A stretch of 64,000 bases of DNA from Dehalococcoidia bacterium (GCA_963555985.3 OY820591.1:2144001-2208000); one strand, 5' to 3'. Numbered from the stretch's first letter, positions 38,644 to 47,875 are shown. Translations and numbers: made by a program. The notes: generated by a model not told the origin, from the sequence alone.

Positions 38644-39840
38644 ATGCCCCTCGCCCTCTCCGACGTCCGCATCCTCGACCTCACCCAATACGAAGCCGGC
38701 ACCTCCTCCACCCAGGCGCTCGGCTGGCTCGGCGCCGAAATCGTCAAAGTCGAACCCCCTCAACGCGGTGAACCCGGACGCCGCCTCGGCGCCGGCCCCG
38801 ACGCCGTCGACTCCACCTACTTCATCACCCTCAACAACAACAAACGCTCCCTCACCCTCGATCTCAAGACTGACCAGGGCCGCGAACTCTTCCTCCAACT
38901 CGTGCCCAAATTCGACATCGTGGTCGAAAACTTCACCCTCGGCACGATGGAACGCCTCGGCATCGGCTACGACACGCTCAAAGAAATCCACCCCCAACTC
39001 ATCTACTGCACCGTCAAGGGCTTCGGTACCACCGGACCCTGGGCGCCCACCAAATCGTTCGACATGGTTGCCCAGGCCGCCGGCGGCGCCATGGCCATCA
39101 CCGGCACCGAAGACACCCTCCCGCTCAAACCCGGACCCACCATCGGCGACACCGGCACCGGCGTCCAAGCCGCCATTGGAATGCTCGCCGCCCTCTGGCA
39201 GCGCGCCCGCGACGGCGTCGGCCAAAAAGTCGAACTCTCCATGCAAGAAGCCGTCACCAACTACACCCGCGTCCCCATGACCCGCCGCGAAATCTCCGGC
39301 GACCCCGCCCCGCCCTACGGCGACGGCCAAACCGCACCCACCGGACTCTTCCCCTGCAAACCCGGCGGCCGCGCCGATTGGGTCTGGATCGTCGTCGCCG
39401 GCGGTCGAATGCGCAAAGCCCTCATGCACACCATCGGCCGTCCCGACCTGGCCGAATCCAATGGCGCGCGCGGAATCACCCGCAACGAAGGCGACGACGT
39501 CCGCCAGGCCATAGAAGCCTGGACCCGAGAACGGACCAAGTTCGAAGTCATGGACGCCATGAGAGAAGCCGGAGTCCCCTCCGGCCCCGTCCTCGACTCC
39601 GGCGAAATCTTCGACAACGAACACCTCCGCGAACGAGGAATGCTGGTCGACATCGAACACCCCACCAGAGGCCCTATGACCCTCCTCGGCTGCCCCATCC
39701 GCCTCAGCGAAAGCCCCCCGGTCCACCAACGAGCCCCCCTCCTCGGAGAACACACCGCCGAAGTCCTGGCCGAAGAGTTGGGCCTCGAAGCCTCTGCGGT
39801 TGAGGCCCTGGCCGAGTCAGGGGTCGTCTCAACCGCTTGA
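38644..39840 (+). CDS. CoA-transferase family III (formyl-CoA transferase-like)
   Basis: LDLTQYEAG, NNNKRSLTLDLK, GPTIGDTGTG. Confidence 0.92.
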   Translation: MPLALSDVRILDLTQYEAGTSSTQALGWLGAEIVKVEPPQRGEPGRRLGAGPDAVDSTYFITLNNNKRSLTLDLKTDQGRELFLQLVPKFDIVVENFTLGTMERLGIGYDTLKEIHPQLIYCTVKGFGTTGPWAPTKSFDMVAQAAGGAMAITGTEDTLPLKPGPTIGDTGTGVQAAIGMLAALWQRARDGVGQKVELSMQEAVTNYTRVPMTRREISGDPAPPYGDGQTAPTGLFPCKPGGRADWVWIVVAGGRMRKALMHTIGRPDLAESNGARGITRNEGDDVRQAIEAWTRERTKFEVMDAMREAGVPSGPVLDSGEIFDNEHLRERGMLVDIEHPTRGPMTLLGCPIRLSESPPVHQRAPLLGEHTAEVLAEELGLEASAVEALAESGVVSTA

Positions 39841-39859
39841 GCCGCTTCCACAAACAACA

Positions 39860-39937
39860 CCGTCATACCCACGCTTGCCGCGGAGCCTGTCCCCGCGAAG
39901 GCGAGGATCACTCGCCGTGATCTGCACGGTCGTCGCT
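39860..39937. repeat. Partial REP doublet with AGCCTGTCCCC insert
   Basis: Similar to 29372-29487 and 55312-55430. Confidence 0.75.
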
Positions 39938-39944
39938 CACGCAG

Positions 39945-41831
39945 CTAGCCCACTGCAACATCCCACCGATCCGCACAGTTCTGGACGACCAGATCGACAT
40001 CCTCGGCGAGAATCACACCCTCCGCCGCAAGACTCTCCGCATCCCCTCTGACCCGATCGAGATACGACGCTTTGTCCCCATACCGCGCCAGAATCTCCTC
40101 CCGACTGAACCACTGAGTCAGACCCACAAAGTGACTCGTCAAATCCTCCCCACCCGTCTCCGGGTGACGCGGATTCCAACCGGTATGCAGACCGAGCGGC
40201 TGCGTCAGATCCGGCAATCTGAGACCTGCAATCTCATTCCCATGCTCGTCGACCGCCGACACATAGCCCTGGTACTCCGCCCCCTCAACCGGCGGCAGCG
40301 CAGACCAATCCACCGTCCGCACCCGCGACAGACGCTCCGCATCCGGCGTCGTCACCCGATCACTCAGTTGCAACAGCACCTCTCCCCGCTTGGCGGCGGT
40401 GCCCTTAGCCAGACTCGGCACACTCGTCGGCGGCGGCTCCGACTCCCCAGCCGCCCAGCGATCCAGATTCACCAGCGCCGCCCGCATCAGCGGCGACTGA
40501 TCCACAGCGTTATGCCGGTACATGCTGCGATCGGCGGTCAAGTAGAAACTGTCAATCGGCTCGGCCTGACCAGCCCCGTGCTGCGTACACGCCAACAGAT
40601 AATGCCGCGACTGCGGATGCTCCGGAACATCCTCGCCCGTGGCCGGATCAATGTCGATCAGCGACGCATCCCCGCGCCAGAACTCCCAACTCGTATTCGT
40701 CTTCACGATCTTCGGCGTCGCGCCCTGTTCGTCCGAGCGCCCCAGTAACCCGTCGCACGCACCGGTCAACGGATCATCGCGCTCGACATCGGCGAAGGGA
40801 AACTCATGGATCGGCCCGGCCAGGAACAGCTGCGACGGCTGACCGTAGCGCCGGTTGAACTCGCCCCGAATGCCGCCCGCGACGTGGATGTGCATCCCGT
40901 CAAAGGCGCGCTGCGAGGGAGCGTCCGGATCACGGTTCAGGCCCAGATACAACAGGTGGCGAAGGAAGCGCCCGCTCTGCGAAATCCCGAAGCCATGCAC
41001 GCGCTCATAAGAACGCTGCCAGCCGCGCAGAAACAGCGCCGCATCGCGGAACGCGAGCAGACCCGTTCCGACAACCGGCGAGCGGTCGGTCGGATAGACG
41101 ACCTCGTAGATCTTGCCCGGCGTAAACCCGCCCTCAAGCCAAAGGTCGCGCGCACTCGGGACCACGCCCTCCTCGGTCTGCCGCGCAAACCGCCAACGCT
41201 CGCGTGAAATCTCGCGCGGCTCATCGTCCTCAAAGTCGAGCTCATAGAGACGCGAGCGCCCGTCCTCGTGCTCCGAGACCGGATAACCCGGCTGCCCCAG
41301 GTGCTCGATCGGCATCGAGGCCAACGGCTCGCTGGGACGCAAGTCGGTAATCGCCTCGCCCGACATCGGCTTGTCGTCCGCGCCCAGCGCTTCGGGAGCC
41401 TCAAAGTCCAGCAAGGTCGGAGCGTCAGGCGTGTTCCACTGCCAAGCGACCGAAGCCACGCTGAACCCATGCCGAAACAGGAAGCCGTCGCCGGGATGCA
41501 GCGGATCGGTGAGCGAGAACTCAGGCGGCGTCCGATTCAGCGAACCAGGCAGCAAACTCCGTCCCCGATTGGGCACATCGATCACGAGCGCCCCGTTCCC
41601 GGCCGACGCATCCGTCGGCCGCATCAGCACCAGATCGCCGCTAAAGCGAACGCAACCGTCCGATCCGCGCGGCGCGCACTCGAGGTCGGTGATCCGCTGA
41701 TGGTCTTCCAGCGCCGGATTGACCGCGTAGTGCAGCCGCGCCCGGATCAGCTCAAACGCCCCAGCGTCGCCGAACGCTTGCCCGTCGGCGTACGGTCCCT
41801 GCTGCACAATTTCGATTCGTTCGACGGACAT
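39945..41831 (-). CDS. Alpha/beta hydrolase domain protein
   Basis: DVPNRG, GISQSGRFLR, AFDG, DEHGNEIAGLRLP. Confidence 0.82.
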   Translation of the reverse strand: MSVERIEIVQQGPYADGQAFGDAGAFELIRARLHYAVNPALEDHQRITDLECAPRGSDGCVRFSGDLVLMRPTDASAGNGALVIDVPNRGRSLLPGSLNRTPPEFSLTDPLHPGDGFLFRHGFSVASVAWQWNTPDAPTLLDFEAPEALGADDKPMSGEAITDLRPSEPLASMPIEHLGQPGYPVSEHEDGRSRLYELDFEDDEPREISRERWRFARQTEEGVVPSARDLWLEGGFTPGKIYEVVYPTDRSPVVGTGLLAFRDAALFLRGWQRSYERVHGFGISQSGRFLRHLLYLGLNRDPDAPSQRAFDGMHIHVAGGIRGEFNRRYGQPSQLFLAGPIHEFPFADVERDDPLTGACDGLLGRSDEQGATPKIVKTNTSWEFWRGDASLIDIDPATGEDVPEHPQSRHYLLACTQHGAGQAEPIDSFYLTADRSMYRHNAVDQSPLMRAALVNLDRWAAGESEPPPTSVPSLAKGTAAKRGEVLLQLSDRVTTPDAERLSRVRTVDWSALPPVEGAEYQGYVSAVDEHGNEIAGLRLPDLTQPLGLHTGWNPRHPETGGEDLTSHFVGLTQWFSREEILARYGDKASYLDRVRGDAESLAAEGVILAEDVDLVVQNCADRWDVAVG

Positions 41832-41914
41832 TGGCGACCTCGCTTCCAGTCCCACCTAGACTAAGGCCTCCCCAGAACCCCTTTCTGATCACCCCTCTGC
41901 TCCCCTCTCCCTGA

Positions 41915-42059
41915 GGAGACCTGCGCGTAATCCCGGATTCCGTCATTCCAGGCTTGACCTGGAATCTCGTCCGGAATTGCGGGCTCTCTGGTCGGAGCGA
42001 GATTCCAGCGTTCGCTGGAATGACGAGAGCAGCGGGAATGCCAATTTGCAAAGGCCTCC
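41915..42059. mobile_element. MITE-like element carrying a REP doublet
   Basis: GGAGACCTGCGCGTAAT...ATTTGCAAAGGCCTCC; ~100-bp core nearly identical to 45948-46050. Confidence 0.8.
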
Positions 42060-42109
42060 GCAGGCGGGGAGTGAGGGCGAGGGGCCCTCCTGTTACCCAG
42101 ATAACACTT

Positions 42110-42142
42110 TCGTACTACTCATATATTCGGAATATATATACT
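42110..42142 (+). promoter_or_regulatory. AT-rich promoter/operator: palindrome ATATATTC-G-GAATATAT overlapping -10 TATACT
   Basis: Palindrome at 42121-42137, -10 at 42137-42142; GAATATATATAC is a degenerate SOS-like box. Confidence 0.55.
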
Positions 42143-42187
42143 ATGGCAAGAATCGCGTCACAGCTCAACACAGGAGAGCGAGCAAGC

Positions 42188-43123
42188 ATGACCTTTCCCC
42201 GCTACCCCAACCCCGCCCGCCGCGCCAAACTGCTCCAAGCCCACCAACTCCGGCAACAAGGACTCACCCTCCGACAGATCGCCCAGGAGATGGGCTGCGC
42301 ACACTCCACCGTCGCCGCCTACCTCAAAGACTTCGAACTCTTCCGCGCCGACTTGATCCAGGAACTCGCCGCCGACCAACTCGTCGTCCACCTGCTCCAA
42401 CTCGCCGATCTCAACGACGAACACCACGACCGCCGCCGCGCCGACATCCGCGAATTGCGCCTGCTGCTCACGGCCGTGCCCCACATCCGCCGCGACGAGT
42501 CCGAACGCACCCAAGAACTCGTCCAGGGCGGCGTCAGCGTCGACCGCTACGGTCAACGCTACCCCAGGCCCGAACGCTTCTTCCCCCCCACACCCGAAGA
42601 GATCGAGCAGATCAACCAACCCCACGCCGAACCGAACGCCGACCTCGACCCCGACCAAGCCCTCGTCTGCACCCCCGAACCCGCTCGAACAGCACCGAAC
42701 AGCACCGAACAAGAACTTTCCGCTTCCCCTCTCCCCCCCTTGCAGGGGAGATGTCCCGTAGAGCCTGCCCCCGCGCACGCGGGGGACAGAGGGGGGGCGC
42801 CGCCCGCCAAACACGCCGAACACACCGACGAACCCGCCCGAACAAAATCGAACAAGCCCGAACAAGAAACCGCCCAAACCCCAGCCCAGGACGGCGAATC
42901 GGCCGAAACCGGCCAGATTTCCCCCGACCCCGCCCTCCAACAGGCCATCGACGACATCGACCGCCGGCTCAAAGACATCCTCAGCGACCGAGACTGGCTC
43001 AACGACTACCCGTCCCGCAACCCCCGGCACCCCGAACGCCGGAAAGCCCTGCGCCTCGTCGAGCAAAAGCAAGCCCTGCTCGCCCAACTCCACGCGGAAC
43101 CGGAGGCCCCCGACGCAGCCTGA
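42188..43123 (+). CDS. HTH-domain protein with embedded REP hairpin and 10-bp periodic CGAAC runs
   Basis: SD AGGAGA; LRQQGLTLRQIAQEMGCAHSTVAAYL HTH; low-complexity linker 42670-42930. Confidence 0.75.
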   Translation: MTFPRYPNPARRAKLLQAHQLRQQGLTLRQIAQEMGCAHSTVAAYLKDFELFRADLIQELAADQLVVHLLQLADLNDEHHDRRRADIRELRLLLTAVPHIRRDESERTQELVQGGVSVDRYGQRYPRPERFFPPTPEEIEQINQPHAEPNADLDPDQALVCTPEPARTAPNSTEQELSASPLPPLQGRCPVEPAPAHAGDRGGAPPAKHAEHTDEPARTKSNKPEQETAQTPAQDGESAETGQISPDPALQQAIDDIDRRLKDILSDRDWLNDYPSRNPRHPERRKALRLVEQKQALLAQLHAEPEAPDAA

Positions 43124-43149
43124 CCGACGCCAACCCCGCCAGCCGCCGC

Positions 43150-43316
43150 TCAGGGAGACCCTTGCGAAAGTCGCCGGTCCGCGGATCACGTCATTCCCGC
43201 GAACGCGGGAATCCATGCAGCGATCGAGTGGGACGGGAATTCCCGCGTTCGCAGACCGTTGCAACCCTCTATATCCGTCATTCCCGCGCAGCCTGCCCCT
43301 GCGCAGGCAGGGGGGC
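43150..43316. repeat. Nested REP/MITE cluster
   Basis: GGAGACCCTTGCGAAAG end, GTCATTCCCGCGAACGCGGGAATCC hairpin, GCAGACCGTTGCAAC end, AGCCTGCCCC insert. Confidence 0.8.
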
Positions 43317-43319
43317 TCC

Positions 43320-44453
43320 TCAGTCCAAGCCCCAGATCGCCTGGGCGTTCCCGCCCACGATCTTCTGCGCGTCCTCGATCGAGTCGGTCGCGTCGAACAC
43401 GTCCCAGAGGCTTTGCTGCGCGTAGCCGACCGCGCTTTCGGGGTGCGGGTAGTCGCTGCCCCAGAGCACCTTGTCGACGCCGATCAGGTCGAGCTGGCGC
43501 AGGCCGGACGGATCCTCGATGAAGGTCGCGTAGCAGTTCTCGAACCAGTAGTGGCTGGGCTTGTTCGCCAGCTTCGGCGTCATCTCGCTCTCGAACGAGG
43601 CGTACACCTTGTCGCAATCGAACAGGCAGCTCGGCACCCAGGAAATACCGCCCTCGGTGAAGACCACCTTGAGGCCGGGGTTGCGCTCAAAAATGCCCGC
43701 GAAGGCCAGCAGCGCGAACAGCCGCCGGAACGGCTGGAACGCCACCACGATCGTCGTCGCCAGCCCGCCCTGACCGCGAGCGTCGAACGTCTCGCCCACG
43801 TGGAAGCTGAGCGGCAGGCCCGACTCGCCGATCGCCTTCCACATCGGCTCCAGCGCGCGCGCGTTGTAGTACACCTTCGCGTGCGGCGGCGGCAGCGAGG
43901 GCATCAGCACGCCCTTGAACCCCAGCGCCTTAATCTTCTGCAGCTCGTCCTCGGTCCGCTCGGGGTCCCAGTAGTTGAGCAGAGCGAGGCCGTGCAGCTT
44001 GTCGGGGTACTCCGCGCAAAACTCGGCCAGCATCTCGTTGTAGGCGTCCATGCAGGCCTGGATGTAGTCGAAATCCTGGTTCCGAATCACACCCAACATC
44101 CGCTGCGGGAACAGGATCTCCTGATCCACGCCCTCGCGCGAGATCTCCTCCACACGAATGCCCGCGTCCCACATCCCCGCCCGGCCCTCGATCATCTCCG
44201 AAGGCATTGCCGGGTTGTCGGTCGTCTGACCGTCGATCTCCATGTGGAAGCCGCGCTCGTTGAACACCCCGCGCGGCGCCCGGTCGCGGTACTTGGCCGG
44301 CATTCGATCGACGAATGCGCCCGTCTCCAGCCAGTGGCTGTCGGCCGAGATCACGGTCGTGCCCGCAGGCAGCGGTCGTTGCGTCGCCGGCAATTCGCGC
44401 TGGTTCGGCCAAGGCAGAGGATCGGTGCTGATGCTGCTCAGAGTCGTGGTCAT
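43320..44453 (-). CDS. Amidohydrolase family protein (Amidohydro_2)
   Basis: ISADSH, LSFH, VFTEGG..W, WGSDYPH. Confidence 0.93.
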   Translation of the reverse strand: MTTTLSSISTDPLPWPNQRELPATQRPLPAGTTVISADSHWLETGAFVDRMPAKYRDRAPRGVFNERGFHMEIDGQTTDNPAMPSEMIEGRAGMWDAGIRVEEISREGVDQEILFPQRMLGVIRNQDFDYIQACMDAYNEMLAEFCAEYPDKLHGLALLNYWDPERTEDELQKIKALGFKGVLMPSLPPPHAKVYYNARALEPMWKAIGESGLPLSFHVGETFDARGQGGLATTIVVAFQPFRRLFALLAFAGIFERNPGLKVVFTEGGISWVPSCLFDCDKVYASFESEMTPKLANKPSHYWFENCYATFIEDPSGLRQLDLIGVDKVLWGSDYPHPESAVGYAQQSLWDVFDATDSIEDAQKIVGGNAQAIWGLD

Positions 44454-44561
44454 GGATTGTGGTCCGTTCGCTGCGGGACGTGCGAGTGTGTCATGAGTCT
44501 CACAAACAGGATACCGCCCTCAAGCACAGCGCTTGACCGTTTCACGGTTAGCCTGCGCAGC

Positions 44562-45860
44562 ATGGCTGTCGAAGCGACAACGTATGAGCCGCAGGGCGCG
44601 AAACGACGGCGGATTGGGCGCATCTACTACGGCTGGTACGTGCTCTTCGGCATGGTCGTCGCGCTGATCGTCGCCGAGGGCGTCACGATCGGCTCACTCA
44701 GCGCCTACACCGAGCCGCTCGAGAACCACTTCGGCTGGTCCCGCCGAGACGTCTCGATGGGCTTCTCGGTCACGGTCGGCACGATTGGCCTCTTCGCGCC
44801 CTTCATTGGCAGGCTGATTGACGTCGTCGGCCCGCGCCGCCTGATGCTGATCGGCGCGCCCCTCTGCGGCGCGGCCTTCGTCCTGCTCGCCTTCATGACC
44901 CAGCTCTGGCATTGGTACGTCTACCTCGGCGTCTCCTCGCTGGCCCTGGGAATGATCGCCTACATCCCCGCCCAGGCGCTGGCGGTGCGTTGGTTCGACC
45001 GCCGCCGCGCGGTGGCGCTCAGCATCATCGGCGCCTCCGTCTGGATGGGCCAGTTGCTGATGCTGCCGCTGGTGCAGTTCATCATTTCCACCCTCGGTTG
45101 GGAAGACGCCTTCATCTATTCGGCCATGCTCATCGTCGGCGCCTACGTCGTCGCCTTCATCTTCGTTCGCGATCGCCCCAGAGCGAACGAAAGCGATTCC
45201 GCTGCGCCGCCCGCCTCGGCGACCTCAGCCGAACCGGTCGCGCTCAGCGGCATGACGCTCGCTCAGACGATGCGCACCCCCCTCTTCTGGGCGCTCGTCG
45301 GCGGCCTCATGCTGCTCTACTTCGTCGTCTTCGGCTGGATGTCCCAGGGCGTGCCCTACTACCAATCGGTGGGCTTCTCCGACACCTGGTCGGCGCAGAT
45401 CGTCTCGCTCACTGCGGGCGGCGCAGTGGTCTGGCTGCTGACCGCCGGTTCGCAACTCGAACGCTTCCGCCGCCCCGAGCGCATCGCCGCATTCGGCGCG
45501 TTATTCGTCTGCGCTTCGCTGATGGTGCTCTACGCCACCGGAGGCAACATCCCCGGCGTCGGCATCGCGGTCGTGTTGTACATCGTCGGCTTCGCCGCGA
45601 CCCCGCCGCTGGAGGCGCTCATGCTCTCGCGCGCCTTCGGGCTGCGCAACTTCGCCACGATCATGGGCACCGCCTTCCTCTTCCAGACGATCGCGATCGT
45701 CTTCTCACCCATCATCGCCGGCGAGATCTACGACCGAGACGGCAACTACGACCTGGTGCTCATCATCTACGCGATCTGCGTCGCCGCCAGTTCTGTGGTC
45801 TTCCTGATTGCAAGTCGCTTGCCGCAACCATTCGCCCGGCAGTCGCAGTTGGATGCATAA
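44562..45860 (+). CDS. MFS transporter (MCT/OFA-like)
   Basis: YYGWYV, GRLIDVVGPRR, WFDRRRA; about 12 TM segments. Confidence 0.92.
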   Translation: MAVEATTYEPQGAKRRRIGRIYYGWYVLFGMVVALIVAEGVTIGSLSAYTEPLENHFGWSRRDVSMGFSVTVGTIGLFAPFIGRLIDVVGPRRLMLIGAPLCGAAFVLLAFMTQLWHWYVYLGVSSLALGMIAYIPAQALAVRWFDRRRAVALSIIGASVWMGQLLMLPLVQFIISTLGWEDAFIYSAMLIVGAYVVAFIFVRDRPRANESDSAAPPASATSAEPVALSGMTLAQTMRTPLFWALVGGLMLLYFVVFGWMSQGVPYYQSVGFSDTWSAQIVSLTAGGAVVWLLTAGSQLERFRRPERIAAFGALFVCASLMVLYATGGNIPGVGIAVVLYIVGFAATPPLEALMLSRAFGLRNFATIMGTAFLFQTIAIVFSPIIAGEIYDRDGNYDLVLIIYAICVAASSVVFLIASRLPQPFARQSQLDA

Positions 45861-45867
45861 TCCATGT

Positions 45868-46127
45868 TCCATCATTCCCGCCTACGGAGACCGTTGCAAA
45901 AGTCCGCTCTCCTCTCCCCCTTGAGGAGGCCTATGCAAAATCCCCATTTCCGTCATTCCAGGCTTGACCTGGAATCTCGTCCGGAATTGCGGGCTATCTG
46001 GTCGGAGCGAGATTCCAGCGTTCGCTGGAATGACGAGAGCAACGGGAATGTGATTTACGCGCAACTCTCCTTGAAGGGGAGATGCCGCAGCCTGCCCCTG
46101 GCCTGAACAGGGGGCAGAGGGGGTGAG
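45868..46127. repeat. Nested REP cluster
   Basis: REP arm, GGAGACCGTTGCAAAAG end, double hairpin carrying a MITE and an AGCCTGCCCC insert. Confidence 0.8.
45925..46070. mobile_element. MITE-like element with 4-bp TSD TTGA
   Basis: TTGA at 45921-45924 and 46071-46074; ends GGAGGCCTATGCAAAAT / ATTTACGCGCAACTCTCC. Confidence 0.82.
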
Positions 46128-46153
46128 AACGTTGAATGCCGATGATGACGAAC

Positions 46154-46230
<77 letters not shown>

Positions 46231-46254
46231 ACGAATTCAGCTTACTACCAGCCC

Positions 46255-47394
46255 CTACCAGTTGCTGAACGCTCCGTCGCGGCGCTGGAGCATCGGCGCG
46301 TATCCAACGCCCGGCTCTGGGTACTTCGACGCAGCCTCAGCGTCAAAGCTGATACCCCAGCCCGGCTGCTCGCTGGGCAGCGCATGACCGCGCTCGAACG
46401 GAGTCTGCTGCGGGAACACATCCTCCAGCACCGAACCGGGTTCGCGGGCCATCTCCAACACGCCGGCGTTGCTCGAGGCGAGAGTCAAGTGCGCTCCCGC
46501 CGCCGACGAGACCGGTCCCAGCGGGTTGTGCGGCGCGATCTGGATGTGGTGCGTCTCGGCCCAGCGCGCGATCTTGAGCGCCTCGGTCAATCCGCCGACC
46601 AAGCAGAGATCGATCCTTGCGTAATCGATCAACTCCTCCTCGATCGCAGTGGCGAAACCCCACTTGGTGAACCACTGCTCGCCAGCCGCAAGCGGCACGC
46701 TGGTGCGTTCGCGCAGACGCCGATAGGACTCGGGCCGCTCGGAGCGCAGCGCATCCTCAATGAAGTAGGGATTAACGTCCTCAACCGCTCGGCAGTAGCG
46801 CAGCGCATCGGGCAGATCGATCCGGGTATGGACATCGACGCAAAGCTCCAACTCAGGTCCGAAGTGCGAGCGCACAGCCTCGATCGCACGCACCGACTTG
46901 CGCACCGCGTCGGAAGGATCGAACGCTTCGCCCGTCGTGCCGCTGAACCCCCAGCGCGCGAAGCGCCAGCCGCCAGCGACGGTGCGCTCGATGTCGTCGA
47001 TCAATTGAGCAGGATCATCTTCGCCCTCGTTATGCGGATAGCACTGCATCCGCTCGCGCACGAGTCCGCCGATCAGGTTGTAGACGGGCTGTCCGAGCAG
47101 CTTGCCCTTCAGGTCCCAGAGCGCAAGGTCGATCGCGGAGATGGCTGCGCAGTTGATCCGGTCGGCGGGGAAGAACGACGCGCGCGCCATCAGCTGCCAG
47201 AGCTGCTCGGTGCGCATCGGGTCTTTACCGAGGACGAGTTCCGAGAAGCGTTCAACACAGGCAGCGACGGCCTGTTCCTGCCAAGTGAGCCCGGACTCGC
47301 CGACGCCGAAGGAGCCGTCGTCGGCTGTGACCGTGACGAACAAGTGCGGACGCCAGGTCATGATCGGATAGACGTCAACGCTGGCGACCTTCAT
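46255..47394 (-). CDS. Mandelate racemase/enolase superfamily dehydratase (galactonate dehydratase-like)
   Basis: [33 protein letters not shown]. Confidence 0.9.
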   Translation of the reverse strand: MKVASVDVYPIMTWRPHLFVTVTADDGSFGVGESGLTWQEQAVAACVERFSELVLGKDPMRTEQLWQLMARASFFPADRINCAAISAIDLALWDLKGKLLGQPVYNLIGGLVRERMQCYPHNEGEDDPAQLIDDIERTVAGGWRFARWGFSGTTGEAFDPSDAVRKSVRAIEAVRSHFGPELELCVDVHTRIDLPDALRYCRAVEDVNPYFIEDALRSERPESYRRLRERTSVPLAAGEQWFTKWGFATAIEEELIDYARIDLCLVGGLTEALKIARWAETHHIQIAPHNPLGPVSSAAGAHLTLASSNAGVLEMAREPGSVLEDVFPQQTPFERGHALPSEQPGWGISFDAEAASKYPEPGVGYAPMLQRRDGAFSNW

Positions 47395-47409
47395 TGCATT
47401 GCCCTTCAG

Positions 47410-47558
47410 TCACGCCGCAAACCGGCGGTTTCAGTCCCCGATGTACTCGGGGACCCGCTCGGCCCGCGCCGCGCAGAGTGGTCATGCGACCGACAGCCAG
47501 CCGAGGCTGAACGGGAGCAAGTCCCCGCGCGGAGGCGGGGACGGGAAACCGGAGGCGA
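47410..47558. ncRNA. Candidate structured RNA (rod or four-way junction)
   Basis: Extensive self-complementarity: GGTTTC/GAAACC, two GTCCCCG/CGGGGAC pairs, CCCGCTCGGCC/GGCTGAACGGG. Confidence 0.45.
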
Positions 47559-47559
47559 G

Positions 47560-47778
47560 CTACCGCCGATCATCCCGCCCGTCGTAGATCGGCTCGTTCA
47601 GGTAGACGTCGCCGTTGCGGATCTTGAGGTTGAAGAGGCACTTCGTGTCGGTACAGACCCAGGCTTTGAAGTGCACGGCGGCGCCCTGTCCGCCGAAGTC
47701 GGACAGGGGCACGAGGACGCCGTCTTCGCACTCCGTGCACTTGGGAAATCCGCCGACTACCAGACCTTCGCTCGCCAT
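47560..47778 (-). CDS. Small zinc-ribbon protein
   Basis: CTEC..LVPLSDFG..KAWVCTDTKC. Confidence 0.75.
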   Translation of the reverse strand: MASEGLVVGGFPKCTECEDGVLVPLSDFGGQGAAVHFKAWVCTDTKCLFNLKIRNGDVYLNEPIYDGRDDRR

Positions 47779-47875
47779 CGCCCCGCTTCTCTCTTGGGCC
47801 GCGCCCGCTCACCGGCATCCACAGCACAGTCCCGCACAGCGCCGGCCCGTAAACAGGATAGCCGCGTGAGCGGCG

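Noticed and set aside
42188-43123. Transposase for the MITEs
   Set aside because: Only an HTH is recognisable; no DDE, HUH or serine-recombinase motifs.
43215-44561. 881-aa extended MFS protein
   Set aside because: The N-terminal extension is antisense to the amidohydrolase gene; the start at ATG 44562 has its own -10 element.
47410-47558. SRP RNA or c-di-AMP riboswitch
   Set aside because: Lacks the SRP GGAA-loop domain IV and the ydaO consensus; kept only as an unassigned structured candidate.
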